Part shown: positions 41,103 through 49,135 of the stretch, one piece after another
Numbering within the stretch: the stretch's first letter is position 1
Layout: every line of letters begins with the position of its first letter
Assembly: GCA_965226495.1 (NCBI GenBank)
Contig: OZ245365.1
Span: 3,328,001 to 3,392,000 of the forward strand
DNA: 64,000 nucleotides
Source of the DNA: Candidatus Marinacidobacterales bacterium
Lineage (GTDB): Bacteria; Acidobacteriota; Vicinamibacteria; Marinacidobacterales; DATDRI01
Reading direction: 5' to 3'
Program-made: the position numbers and the translations under genes
Notes under the pieces: generated by a model
Databases searched by the model: none
What the model was told of the DNA's origin: nothing
The model's input: only the letters and a program-made list of their open reading frames with translations

Positions 41103-41228
41103 TCGTTCAACGGCGACCCGTTCGTTTGCGGCATGGGCCAATTGGACGTCATCCGGACCGTAGAGCACTGCGGGCACTCTTGCATACCGGGTGAAGAGTC
41201 GCAAATCCGATCCGTAGGGAACGCCGTG
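41103..41228 (-). pseudogene. C-terminal remnant of an ArgE/DapE (M20) deacylase
   Basis: Manual translation HGVPYGSDLRLFTRYARVPAVLYGPDDVQLAHAANERVAVE; no start codon and not in the ORF track. Confidence 0.75.
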
Positions 41229-41249
41229 AGAATGTAGCTTGCGAAGCGA

Positions 41250-42006
41250 TTAGAGTGGAAGCGCTTTGCCAACGCCTTTTTCAATGGCCTTGTTGTAGAT
41301 CAGAATCGCGGTGGCCATATCATCGAGCGCCAGTCCAAGATTCATGCAGATGATCCGTTCATCATCGGACTCACGGCCGGTTTTTTTCCCGGCGACGATC
41401 TCACCGAGATCGGCATAGGGTTCCGGTGTCTAACGGAAGAATCCTTCCTGCCGGTAATATCGCATTGGGGAGATGTCATCGGTCGCCAATTTGTCGGCTT
41501 CTCTCAGAGCGTCGCCTTGCCAATAAGAATCGAAGTCCAGCGGGCAGGCAAAGGCTCCTTCCGCCAACCACCCCGACGCGATTGCAGGCTCGGGGTCTCT
41601 CAGAATCGGACCACTAGTGACAACGATGTCCACGCCTTGAACAGCCTCCCGAGCGGTCGCGACGGACAGCACATCGACACCAATCTTCTCCTGCATCTCC
41701 TTCGCAAATCGTTGAGCGATCTCGGGAACGATGTCGTAGGCCTTCGCCTCTTGGAGCTGGTACAGACCGGAAAGGGCCTCGAGGTTGCTCCTTCCCTGAA
41801 CCCCGCATGCAATGATCCCGACACGAGTGCTGTCCTTGCGAGCCAGATGCTTCGCTGCGATCGCGGTCGCCCCGCCGGTCCGCATGGCGGTGATCCAAGT
41901 ACAATCCATGACCGCGATCGGAATAATTGTCGATAACCGCGGACATAGGGATCTCGAGAGCCTCTATCGCTTCCCTAGACAGATAGAGAAATTCGCCCGA
42001 TCTCAT
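41250..42006 (-). pseudogene. ornithine cyclodeaminase/mu-crystallin family, with an internal deletion and an in-frame amber stop
   Basis: MRSGEFLYLSRE...VID jumps at about 41925 to IAVMDCTWITAMRTG...GIIACGVQG. TAG at 41432-41430, then the same frame continues DLGEIVAGKK..R...NLGLALDD to TAA at 41250. Confidence 0.88.
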
Positions 42007-42151
42007 TGTCTAAGCGTATCCGCAAATCTACGCGGGACGCCAACGGGTGCACAAGTGACGGACAATCACCCGGCGGTACCGACGAAGGGTTCGTCGTTAA
42101 TTTCGAGGGGAATAGACTATGAAGGTTTCACGAGAAGCTCTACGGCTCGAC

Positions 42152-42532
42152 CTAGAATCCGCGCTTGCGACGTCGGATCCCTCGGCGACTACCCTTGTTC
42201 TTGAACGGCTTTCCGCCATCGAACGGAGGAGCCCAACCTCCATCCCCACCACCGCCGGCGCCGCGAGGTGCGAAGGAACGCGCAGGCTTCGCCTGGGCCT
42301 CGTTGACGCGCAGGGGCCTGCCTGCCAGCTCCGAGCCATCTAAAGCCTTGATCGCTTTTGCGGCGTCGTCATCGGACTCGAACTCTACGAAGGCGAAACC
42401 GCGCATTCGACCCGTCATCTTGTCGAGAGGCATGAACACATCCTGGACTGTACCGATGGCGCCGAAGGCCTCTTGGATCTGTTCCTTGGTAATATCGAAA
42501 CTCAAGTTACCGGCAAACACTTTGCGAGAAAT
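42152..42532 (-). CDS. RRM (RNP-1) RNA-binding protein, probable ATT start
   Basis: RNP2 VFAGNL, RNP1 RGFAFVEF, LRVNEA and a G/R-rich tail; AAGGAGG lies 5 nt upstream of an in-frame ATT. Confidence 0.9.
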   Translation of the reverse strand: MSRKVFAGNLSFDITKEQIQEAFGAIGTVQDVFMPLDKMTGRMRGFAFVEFESDDDAAKAIKALDGSELAGRPLRVNEAQAKPARSFAPRGAGGGGDGGWAPPFDGGKPFKNKGSRRGIRRRKRGF

Positions 42533-42733
42533 GACATCCTCCTTCTTGTTCGTCCCACGAAAAGCACACGTGTGGACGTGGTTGATGGGGTGACTAAAAC
42601 CCTCCGAAAAGATACTTCGATTGGAGCGGTACGACCTTTGGACCGTTCACGCGTGTCGTGTCTTTAATCGCTGAAATGGCAGGGAAACGGGCAGTTCTAG
42701 CTGTTGGGTGGAGGGAATATCACGCACTCGGTA

Positions 42734-42763
42734 ATTATACTCCTCGACCCGCTAGGGCCGCAA
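42734..42763 (-). promoter_or_regulatory. sigma70 promoter of the RRM gene
   Basis: TTGCGG-N18-TATAAT, implying a leader of about 195 nt. Confidence 0.5.
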
Positions 42764-42814
42764 ATGCCTTGTTTTCCAGGGTGCTGACGCCCTGGGCCCA
42801 CGTTCCCCGTCTGC

Positions 42815-43171
42815 TCAGTGCCCAGTGGCCGGCTCTCGGAACGCGGTTCGCGCGCGATCGACGTAGGGATAAACCTGGAACAGGTGGCCGAGCCGCGACT
42901 CCGCGACCATGCCCGCAATCGTGCCCTGCACTGCGGCCACCTTCACGTCTCCGCCGTGCCCCGCCAGTTTCTGATGCAACCCGAGGAGAGTCCGAAGTCC
43001 GTGGAGGGAAATGTAGTTGAGTTTGGTGCAGTCGACGATGATCTTGGACGCACCGGCTTCGACGATCTTCTCCAGTTCGCCGACGAATTGGCCCGCCGTC
43101 CCTCTGTCCAAACCGCCGTCGGCGCTCAGGATCAAGACATCCTCATCTACCGTCTTGTAGTAAAACTCCAT
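42815..43171 (-). CDS. STAS-domain anti-sigma factor antagonist
   Basis: DVLILSADGGLD...KIIVDCTKLNYISLHGL...GGDVKV...LFQVY; start at MEFYYK. Confidence 0.85.
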   Translation of the reverse strand: MEFYYKTVDEDVLILSADGGLDRGTAGQFVGELEKIVEAGASKIIVDCTKLNYISLHGLRTLLGLHQKLAGHGGDVKVAAVQGTIAGMVAESRLGHLFQVYPYVDRARTAFREPATGH

Positions 43172-43326
43172 CTTTTCGCTCTCTTCTTGATAGACGCCGG
43201 GATTCGCTATGCTATTCGCTTCCCGCCGGGGAGGCAACTCCAACCCGGCTGCAACACGACGATCAAGGTTTGGGGGTGGAAGTAGACGCCGGGTGAGGGA
43301 ATTGATGATGGCTTCCATCCGTTAGT

Positions 43327-43358
43327 CCCTCTCCCTCTGGGAGAGGGTAGTGTGAGGG
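43327..43358. repeat. REP-like palindrome
   Basis: CCCTCTCCC-TCT-GGGAGAGGG followed by TAGTGTGAGGG, immediately 3' of the antiporter gene. Confidence 0.6.
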
Positions 43359-43364
43359 CAACGC

Positions 43365-44636
43365 TTACTCACGGTACGGGATCCGGACCGGCATCTCCGC
43401 CACCGGCACCAATTCCTTCATGTCGGGCTCGTCCTTCATTTCTTCTGCTCGGGCCGCATACCACTTGCTGGCCGGCCATGCGGTAAGGCCGTGAGCAAAA
43501 ACACTCAAAAACACCGTCACGATGACGACAGTGAAGATCTCGTCACGATGGCTGATGTCGGTTCGGCCCAAAACCAACAACGCGAACAAGATCGAGGCAA
43601 GTCCTCTTGGCCCGAACCAACCGAGAAAAATGACCGTGTCCGGCTGGAAGCCGCCGCGGAACAAGCTGAGAGCAACAGAGATCATCCTTATTGCCGTCAG
43701 GCTCAAGACGCCGTATACGATGACGTTCCAGTTCAGGTGGTCGATCGTAGGCCAGACCAAGGCCACGCCGAAGACCATGAAGGTGAGGAGCGCGAGCAGC
43801 TGCCCCTCCGTCTCCGCGAAGTCATAGAGACATTGGCAGATCGGCCGCGAGGTATTGCCCAGGGTGAGCCCCGCGCAGAAGGCGGAGATGAACCCGTTTC
43901 CGCCGACCGCCTCGGCTAGGAAAAAGGCCAGGAAGGAAATGGCCAACGCCGAAAGCTGCTGAAAGCTGTGGTTCATCCACTTGGTTCGCGTACCGAGATA
44001 GACCAACTTCCCGCCGACGAAGCCGACGGCGATGCCCACCAGCGGGCCCAGAATGACTTGGAACATCGCGAAGCGCACCCAGTAGGATGCCGATTCCGTT
44101 TGCTGACTCATTTCGGCCAGCGCGAGAAAAACCAAGACCACCGGCAAGGCGATGCCATCGTTCAAACCGCTCTCCACGTTCAACGCTTGTCGGATGCGAA
44201 CCGGCACTCGTTCGTTGCTCACGACGGCTTGGCCAAGGGCCGCGTCGGTGGGCGCGAGGATGGCCGCCACGACCGCCGCTTCCCAGAAGGTCAAGTAACC
44301 ACAAACCCAAATCGCCACTAGGGTGCCGAAAAGGATAGTGAGCGGCATTCCGATGGCCAGCAAACGGAGGGGCAAATGGAAGTCGCGGCGAAGGTTCTTG
44401 AGGTTGATCCGCGCTGCATCACTGAAGAGCACAAGAATCAAGGTCAGCTCGGCCAGAGTCTCCTCGATCTCGCCCCGGGCATCGAGCTCCACCAGCCCCA
44501 ACACGTGTCCGCTCATCAGCATGCCGAAGACGACGAAGACCATCGGCGGCGTAATGATGCTTTTCTGAAGGCGCCCCGACACCAAGCCGAAGCCCAGGAT
44601 CAAGACTGCGATGATGATGAAGGTTTGACTTTCCAT
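43365..44636 (-). CDS. CPA1 (NhaP-like) cation/H+ antiporter
   Basis: LAPTDAALG, LNVESGLNDG and WFGPRGLAS, with many TM segments; start at MESQTF. Confidence 0.93.
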   Translation of the reverse strand: MESQTFIIIAVLILGFGLVSGRLQKSIITPPMVFVVFGMLMSGHVLGLVELDARGEIEETLAELTLILVLFSDAARINLKNLRRDFHLPLRLLAIGMPLTILFGTLVAIWVCGYLTFWEAAVVAAILAPTDAALGQAVVSNERVPVRIRQALNVESGLNDGIALPVVLVFLALAEMSQQTESASYWVRFAMFQVILGPLVGIAVGFVGGKLVYLGTRTKWMNHSFQQLSALAISFLAFFLAEAVGGNGFISAFCAGLTLGNTSRPICQCLYDFAETEGQLLALLTFMVFGVALVWPTIDHLNWNVIVYGVLSLTAIRMISVALSLFRGGFQPDTVIFLGWFGPRGLASILFALLVLGRTDISHRDEIFTVVIVTVFLSVFAHGLTAWPASKWYAARAEEMKDEPDMKELVPVAEMPVRIPYRE

Positions 44637-44681
44637 GGCCGTTCCGGAAATCGACGGCGAGTATAGCACTCGCCCCACAGC

Positions 44682-44730
44682 CTGACGGCGTGACAGCCTG
44701 AAAGCTTGACAGCTTGACCCGCTGGACCCG
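44682..44730 (+). repeat. intergenic 8-9 bp tandem repeat (consensus NTGACAGC)
   Basis: CTGACGGC GTGACAGC CTGAAAGC TTGACAGC TTGACCCGC TGGACCCG. Confidence 0.7.
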
Positions 44731-44790
44731 AGAGCATAGCCTTGCACCCGCGAATCTCTCGCGAATCGCCGAGGCCAACCAGGAGACGCG

Positions 44791-46313
44791 ATGCTCATGC
44801 GCTGTTTATCCGTAGTTTCACTCGGAGTCTTGACCCTCGTCCTTCCTGCAATCTCCCCTGCCATCCCTGCCATTTGGGACGGCGAACCCAGCCTCGAGAC
44901 TATCTATCGCATCAAGCAGGAAGCCTTTCAGGGATCACAGCTCGAAGAAACTCTCTTCTATTTGACGGATGTTCACGGTCCGAGGCTGACTGGCTCGCCG
45001 GGCTATGTGGCGGCCGCGAAGTGGGCGATCGACCCACTCACCGAATGGGGCATCAGCAACCCGAGGCTCGAAGAGTGGGGCGAGTTCGGTCGAGGATGGT
45101 CTTACTCACGGGTCTCCGTCCACATGCTCTCGCCCATTGCGACGACGCTTCACGGAGTGCCCTTGGCTTGGTCCTCCGGGACAGATGGACCGGTGAGTGG
45201 AGATGCAATCCTGGCCACTATTACCACCGGTCAAGACGATCCCGAGGAAATCGCGAACGCGATCAAAGACTACTCGGAAAAATACAAGGGGAAGCTTAAC
45301 GGCAAGATCGTTCTTATCAACCCCGCCCGCGAGTTCGAGCCCCCGACGGAGCCGCCCCTCGACAGGTTGGACTCCGATGAGTTGGACGCGCTGGCCGAGG
45401 CACCCGAACCGATGCGCCTCCCCCCTTTCGAGTGGCCGATGAAGGAGCTTCCAACCGATCCAGAAGTCATCCATCGCCTCTACGAAGATGCGCCGGCGAC
45501 CTTGGCCGACGCCTACTGGCGAACTCTGATCCGAGCACAGGAGAAGCTTATTCAGTTTCTACTCGACGAAGGCGTCGCCGCCGTACTCTCCGTCGATTCG
45601 AGCGGGGACGGCTCCATCATCTTCGCCGATGGCGGCATGTCCTTCCGAACAGGAGCTCCGGTACCTCCGCCTAGCGTCGTACTCGTTCCCGAGCAATACA
45701 ACCGCATCGTGCGGCTATTGAACAAGGAAATTCCAGTGCGCATCGAGGTAGACGTGGCCGCCGCGTTGCATGACGACTCGCTCGACGGCATGAATGTCAT
45801 CGCTGAGATCCCCGGTGGTAATAAGGCGGACGAGGTCGTCATGATGGGTGCCCATCTGGACTCTTGGCACGGTGGCACCGGAGCCGCGGATAATGCCGCC
45901 GGCACGGCCGTCGTCATGGAAGCCGCCCGCATTTTGAAGACGCTAGACCTCGAGATGGATCGCACGATCCGGCTCGCATTGTGGGATGCGGAAGAGCAAG
46001 GACTTTTCGGATCCCGGGGATACGTCAAGAATCACTTCGCCGATCCCATGACGATGGAGCTCAAGCCCGAGCACGCAAAGCTCGCCATCAATCCTTCGAC
46101 GAAGTCGGGCTGCCCGGCTTCCAATTCATCCAGGATCCCCTCGACTACGAAACTCGAACGCACCACTCCAACATCGACGTCTACGACCATTTGGAGATCA
46201 GCGATCTGATGCAAGCGGCGGCCATCCTCGCTTCGTTCGTCTACCACGCGGCCAACCGCGAAGAGATGCTACCCCGGGAACCGTTGCCGAAGCCCTTATC
46301 CGTGATTCCCTAA
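44791..46313 (+). pseudogene. M28 metallopeptidase with an internal deletion and frameshift at about 46086
   Basis: HGPRLTGS, GAHLDSW, AADN and WDAEEQG. After HAKLA the sequence jumps frame to [25 protein letters not shown]; the intervening N-x-D metal-ligand segment is missing. Confidence 0.85.
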
Positions 46314-46405
46314 CCGGCCTCATTGTGGCAGGCCGATGGTGTTCCGCTGAGAGATCGATGGGGGGATAGAGAAGCTCGCCGGCAGTCAGACGTCCGACTA
46401 CACGG

Positions 46406-47062
46406 TCAACAGCCGGGGAGTGTTTCGACGAGGAGCTTTCCTGCTGCAAGGCTCCGGAGCTCTTCGGCCAGCTCAAGCGTTCTCAAGATGGCCTTTCGCG
46501 CCGACGCTTGATCACTCTCCACCGTGGCGTAGCGGGCCAACAAGGTCTTCCCCCATTCGTGATGGCGCTTTTCGTCCGGCTGGATACGTTTGCGATAGAG
46601 CTCCGCAGTCTCCTTGTCCCCCATGTGCTCGCAGAACGCAATGAAGAGTTGGTTCGCCTTGTAACCGATCGCCTCCCGCGTGAACTGAGCCGCCGCAATC
46701 CGCTCGACCGTCGTCGTCAGAGTCTCCAAGTATTGGAAAAGAGGACCGTACTCGCTGGTCGGCGCGTGCTCACCCGGATCGTCCCCGAGCTCCTTCAACC
46801 GATCGCTAATGAGCTGAAAGTGCCGGGCCTCGTCGCCGGCCTGCTGCGCGAAGGCGAGCTTGACCTCGAGCTCGGGCGTGGAGGGAACCCACCGCGCCGC
46901 GATCTCCGTCGCTTCGATCTCGTTTCGCAGTCCAGCACGTAGAAGCATCAACATATCCGCCTTGGCCGCGGACTCCGAAAGCCGCGATAGCGCCGCGTCC
47001 CGTGTGGAAAGAATCTGACGCAGCGTGGCGTCCATTTCTTTGACGAAGGCTTCGCCGTCCAT
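46406..47062 (-). CDS. ferritin-like di-iron domain protein
   Basis: E...DEARH...E...DEKRH four-helix-bundle ligands; ends LPGC. Confidence 0.85.
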   Translation of the reverse strand: MDGEAFVKEMDATLRQILSTRDAALSRLSESAAKADMLMLLRAGLRNEIEATEIAARWVPSTPELEVKLAFAQQAGDEARHFQLISDRLKELGDDPGEHAPTSEYGPLFQYLETLTTTVERIAAAQFTREAIGYKANQLFIAFCEHMGDKETAELYRKRIQPDEKRHHEWGKTLLARYATVESDQASARKAILRTLELAEELRSLAAGKLLVETLPGC

Positions 47063-47076
47063 TTGACTCTAGATTA

Positions 47077-47909
47077 TCACGACTTAGGCGCCTGTTCATT
47101 TGGTCCAGCTGGCTCGGCCGGCTCATCTGGCTCACCTGGCCCCTGAGACCCGTAGACCTCGTGGAGACGGCTCGCCAAGTAATGCCCGGCTTGGACCGGC
47201 GGGTAGCGCGAGGGCCTCTCCGGGCCGCAGCACGTCTCTAGGGATTCGATCACAGCGTCGTAGTTCGTACCGAAAAAGAACGGGATCGAATAGCGCTCCT
47301 GCCCCGTACTATTGATGACGCGCTGAGGCGTGGCGGTGAACACATTCGATCTTGTCCTGGAAAGTGAGCGGCGAGAGTCCCAGGCTTTCCGCAAAGACTT
47401 CAAAAAGCGTCTGGCCCAGCCCAATCATCTCTTGGAAGTACGCTTCGATGGTGTGGCGGAACCCTGGTAGGGAGCGCGGCCAGAGGTTCGGGCCGACCAT
47501 GCGATAGGCCGCCGCATCGTTGACGTCTTTGGGAAGGGTGGGGGCGGAGTGGGAAACGTGAAGTCCAGGGCTTCCTTGACGTCCCCCCGTAGCACCGGGG
47601 TCGGAGCTTTCCGCTCTCAGGGGAATATAACCTCGCTGCTTGCGCGCCTTGGTGAAGTGGACGGCTGCCTTTCTTTCCTCCGGAAGGGCGAAAAACCGCC
47701 GTGCGGCTTGGAACGTATCGGCGATCCCCTGCTGCGAGACGCCGTGGTTTCTCACATAGAAGAAACCCACGTTCTGGCAGATGTCGCCTAGGCGACGCGC
47801 CAGGCCCCGGCGAGCGTTTTCATCCCCCTCGAACCAGGGTTCCCAGATCCACAACCGGGATCGCGTCAAAGGAAGCTCGCCTTGCGCGAACGGCCGTGTC
47901 GTTTGGCAT
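47077..47909 (-). pseudogene. IPNS-like 2OG-Fe(II) dioxygenase with multiple lesions
   Basis: AIPVVDL, frameshift at about 47843, then GFFYVRNHGV..RRFFALP..RGY. A second shift at about 47585 (DVKEALD out of frame). The HxD region is deleted at about 47345, the distal His reads Q (ATPQRV), and RYSIPFF is retained. Confidence 0.85.
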
Positions 47910-48044
47910 CCTGCCACGATCATAGTTGCGGCTGCTCACGAGTCAAGAAATCATCGTCTCGGAGACGATCTCCGGAGTCCTGTCGGTCTAACGCCGAAGG
48001 ACGTCCAGCCCCGGCAAAAAAGGGTGGCGGCGCGATTCAAGGAA

Positions 48045-48440
48045 TTACAGAAAGGTCTCCCAAACCCAGTAAGCCAAGTAGACCAACACTGCCAATCTGA
48101 GGATGGAGCTGACCGCCGAATACTTTATCTTGATCGTCTCGGTTCGAAACTCGAAGGGGAGGTGCCGATCCACACCTGCCCATGGATTGAAACCAAACTG
48201 GTATGTCGTGTCAGCCGTGGCAACTCGCAACACCTTTACCGGAATCAGTCCCTGCCGAGACTTGAACAGCACCGCTTCCTTGATATCGGATTTCCCTACT
48301 GTCCAATCACCACACTCGATTCGATCGGCAAACACCTTGAACCAAGCACGACGTGAGTTGATCCAGTGCAACCCGTATCGAGGCTCTCCCTCGCCTTGAA
48401 TGGTCCCCTTGGTCCAGGCCCGATAGATTGGTTTTTCCAT
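48045..48440 (-). CDS. hypothetical protein with a C-terminal TM helix
   Basis: GGAGG RBS, 131 aa, beta-rich body and a hydrophobic C-terminus. Confidence 0.65.
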   Translation of the reverse strand: MEKPIYRAWTKGTIQGEGEPRYGLHWINSRRAWFKVFADRIECGDWTVGKSDIKEAVLFKSRQGLIPVKVLRVATADTTYQFGFNPWAGVDRHLPFEFRTETIKIKYSAVSSILRLAVLVYLAYWVWETFL

Positions 48441-48574
48441 TTGCGGCCTCCGTGATCTAGTTCCCGTAGCGCATCACCGGCGAGAGACTCGTTCCGCCAG
48501 ATCGAGATGCTCGCGCAACGGGAGCCGACGGGCGACGTGCATTGCAAGTAAATAAATACAAAGCCCGCGCCTTT

Positions 48575-49135
48575 CTAGAAGAACCCTCGGTCGATCCTCA
48601 ACCCCGCCCGCTGCCAACGGCCATCCGGAGCACGAACCACGACTCCCCACAATCGGACCCCGGCAAGCGACCGCGGACCCGGAACGATGACTTCAACACG
48701 ACAGACCTCCAGCTTCCGGAACTTGTAGACGCGGCGGAGGTCCGGATCCACACCTATCTGATCGAGATCTGCTTCCGTCGCTTCGATTCCCTCGAGGATG
48801 CGGCCTTCGAGGCTCAAGACGGCGTCGGCCTCCCGACTCACTTTCACTCGCACGTCGTGCCCTTCGATTCCCTCCAGTTGAAACTCGGTCGACTCATCGA
48901 GGCCGAGCTTTACCTGGTCCATGCCCAACCGCTTGAACGCATCTTCGAAGCCGGCGCGCGCCACGTACTCCTGCACGACGAAGCTCGTGAACTGAGCCGC
49001 TCGGCTCTGCCAGTGCATCACCAGCCGTCCCAGAATGAGACTCAGCGGCAGGACCAAGAGCAACATCAGCAGCACCACGACCAGCGCGCTGCCCCGCTCC
49101 CCCGCCGTCAACTTCCGAGACGATTCTTTCGCCAT
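48575..49135 (-). CDS. PilX/GspK-like minor pilin
   Basis: ERG|SALVVVLLMLLLV class III signal lacking Glu5; ARAG motif. Confidence 0.7.
   Translation of the reverse strand: MAKESSRKLTAGERGSALVVVLLMLLLVLPLSLILGRLVMHWQSRAAQFTSFVVQEYVARAGFEDAFKRLGMDQVKLGLDESTEFQLEGIEGHDVRVKVSREADAVLSLEGRILEGIEATEADLDQIGVDPDLRRVYKFRKLEVCRVEVIVPGPRSLAGVRLWGVVVRAPDGRWQRAGLRIDRGFF

Noticed and set aside
41430-41432. In-frame TAG read as pyrrolysine or recoding
   Set aside because: The same gene has a large deletion, TAG ends many normal genes here, and no pyl genes are present; simple nonsense mutation
46378-46408. Selenocysteine read-through at GC-TGA followed by a hairpin (ferritin-like gene)
   Set aside because: The hairpin (GTAGTCGG-ACGT-CTGACTGC) lies between convergent genes and fits a 3' stem-loop; the read-through peptide is unremarkable and no sel genes are in the window
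48441-48560. Short possible gene remnant upstream of the 131-aa hypothetical gene
   Set aside because: No frame gives a recognisable motif
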